Of a stretch of DNA of 64,000 nucleotides, positions 62,761-64,000 are shown one piece after another. Origin of the DNA: Tubiluchus corallicola (taxonomy: Eukaryota > Animalia > Priapulida). Numbering within the stretch: the first letter of the stretch is position 1; every line of letters starts with the position of its first letter. The DNA lies in the NCBI GenBank assembly GCA_030141605.1, contig JAQGDQ010000150.1:294627-358626 (forward strand), in the 5' to 3' direction. Below the pieces are notes generated by a model that was not told the DNA's origin, did no database searches, and saw only the letters and a list, made by a program, of their open reading frames with translations. A program made the position numbers and the translations under genes.

Positions 62761-63449
62761 GAAAAATATGGGGTTTCCATGAGTGTACTAATGATGACAG
62801 TATAACAGTATGTCCAGTCCAGTATTATTGATATTGGGCAGGCAGAACTTTAAAAATAATTAATATAAGAACTCCGCCCTCAAGGCAGGTAAACAGAGCA
62901 GTAATCCAGCAAGAAACTATAGTCACTGCTTGTCAGCCAGTGGCTTGTCAGCACAAATTCTGGAAAACTATTCGTCAAAAAAATGGAGATGTCGTTAAAA
63001 CGAGCTGAAATCATGTTACAAGTCTTACCTAGCGATGAACCTTACTGCAAGACAGAAATTTGCCGGTTTTGATTATTGTTCTGATCTTGCTTTTGATATC
63101 AGGTAAGAATCTTTTTTATTGAAATTGTGTTACTAAATTGAGCCTAAGTAAATGATGATATCGCATTATTGTCCTATATTAATAATATTAGTTACATTTA
63201 TATTGCGATCTAGAAACAAACCTCTCCCAAGTGAAGACATTGTACAAATGTGAGTGGGAAATGATTATGATTCATGAAGCGAGAGAGAAGCAAAATACCG
63301 GACTGAAAAAGAAATTTGAAAATCAACAGATGGAAATCGATGTGCTTAAGATGAAACGAGTTTGGCCAGTAGTAGTGAAGAAGAAGTGAAGAGACTAAGA
63401 GGAGAAAAAGGAAGGGCTGGAAGTTAAAAACTTACAGAGAGAGGCGATA

Positions 63450-64000
63450 GGCGCTATTACACTTTCGCACCGCCTAGCTTTTCCTGGCCTATTGGTTGTT
63501 CTCACGCCTGCAGGCCAGAAAGCAGACCAACAGGCGTAATATACACCATATTCCCATAACATTATTGCTTCTTACGCTTTATAAGTCCAGATTAAAATCA
63601 TGCATTACTTACCTACCGCCGCCATTAAAAGCTGCACGTGAATAACCGTGTTTACACCACTGATGCGCAATCGCTCTCGCGCAGTGACGATCTGGCCCTT
63701 AACATGTATTTTTAGTTTCTTCGCATAATTTATGATTATTAGAGTTGCTGCCACGGAAGTTTGTATCGTATCGCGGGTGGGCCTGGACACCTTATTTTAG
63801 ACCACTGCAGTTATTTATCATTAATTTTATTTATTACTGTAGTATTATTACTATTAGATTACAAAAAAAGTAAAAGTTTTTTCTTTATTTCGTAAATGCG
63901 GTGAAGATGAAAGTGTGTCACGTGCCTTTTAAGCTAGGCCCTGATAATGCATAAACTAGTACGAAATTCGTCACGTGACTACACACACAAACAAGATGGC
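63450..64000 (-). mobile_element. Second copy of the Merlin-like element (runs off window)
   Basis: Starts GGCGCTATTACACTTTCGCACCGCCTAGCTTTT and is the near-identical reverse complement of ~22410-22963. Confidence 0.85.

Overview
AT-rich animal (invertebrate-like) genomic DNA with spliced host genes embedded in many transposon relics. Host genes: an AKNA-like gene (- strand, runs off the left edge), a C2H2 zinc-finger gene (-), TSSC4 (+), a 12-coding-exon WDR76 (-) and NMD3 with an intronless CDS (-). Repeats include a Gypsy relic, a solo LTR, CR1/L2 LINE pieces, hAT, pogo/Tigger-, Merlin-, Kolobok- and Helentron-like elements and tRNA-derived sequences. The most notable region is ~18.2-24.1 kb: a GC-richer, decayed Polinton/adintovirus-like element with an A32-type packaging ATPase, other Polinton-type ORF relics, a PC4-like ORF and its own two-repeat TATA-binding-protein (TBP) homolog. 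The TBP gene is split by a nested hAT/Merlin-like insertion. Most of the cluster lies between inverted telomere-like arrays ((CCCTAA)n on the left, (TTAGGG)n on the right). Family assignments come from manual translation and motif recall, not database searches.
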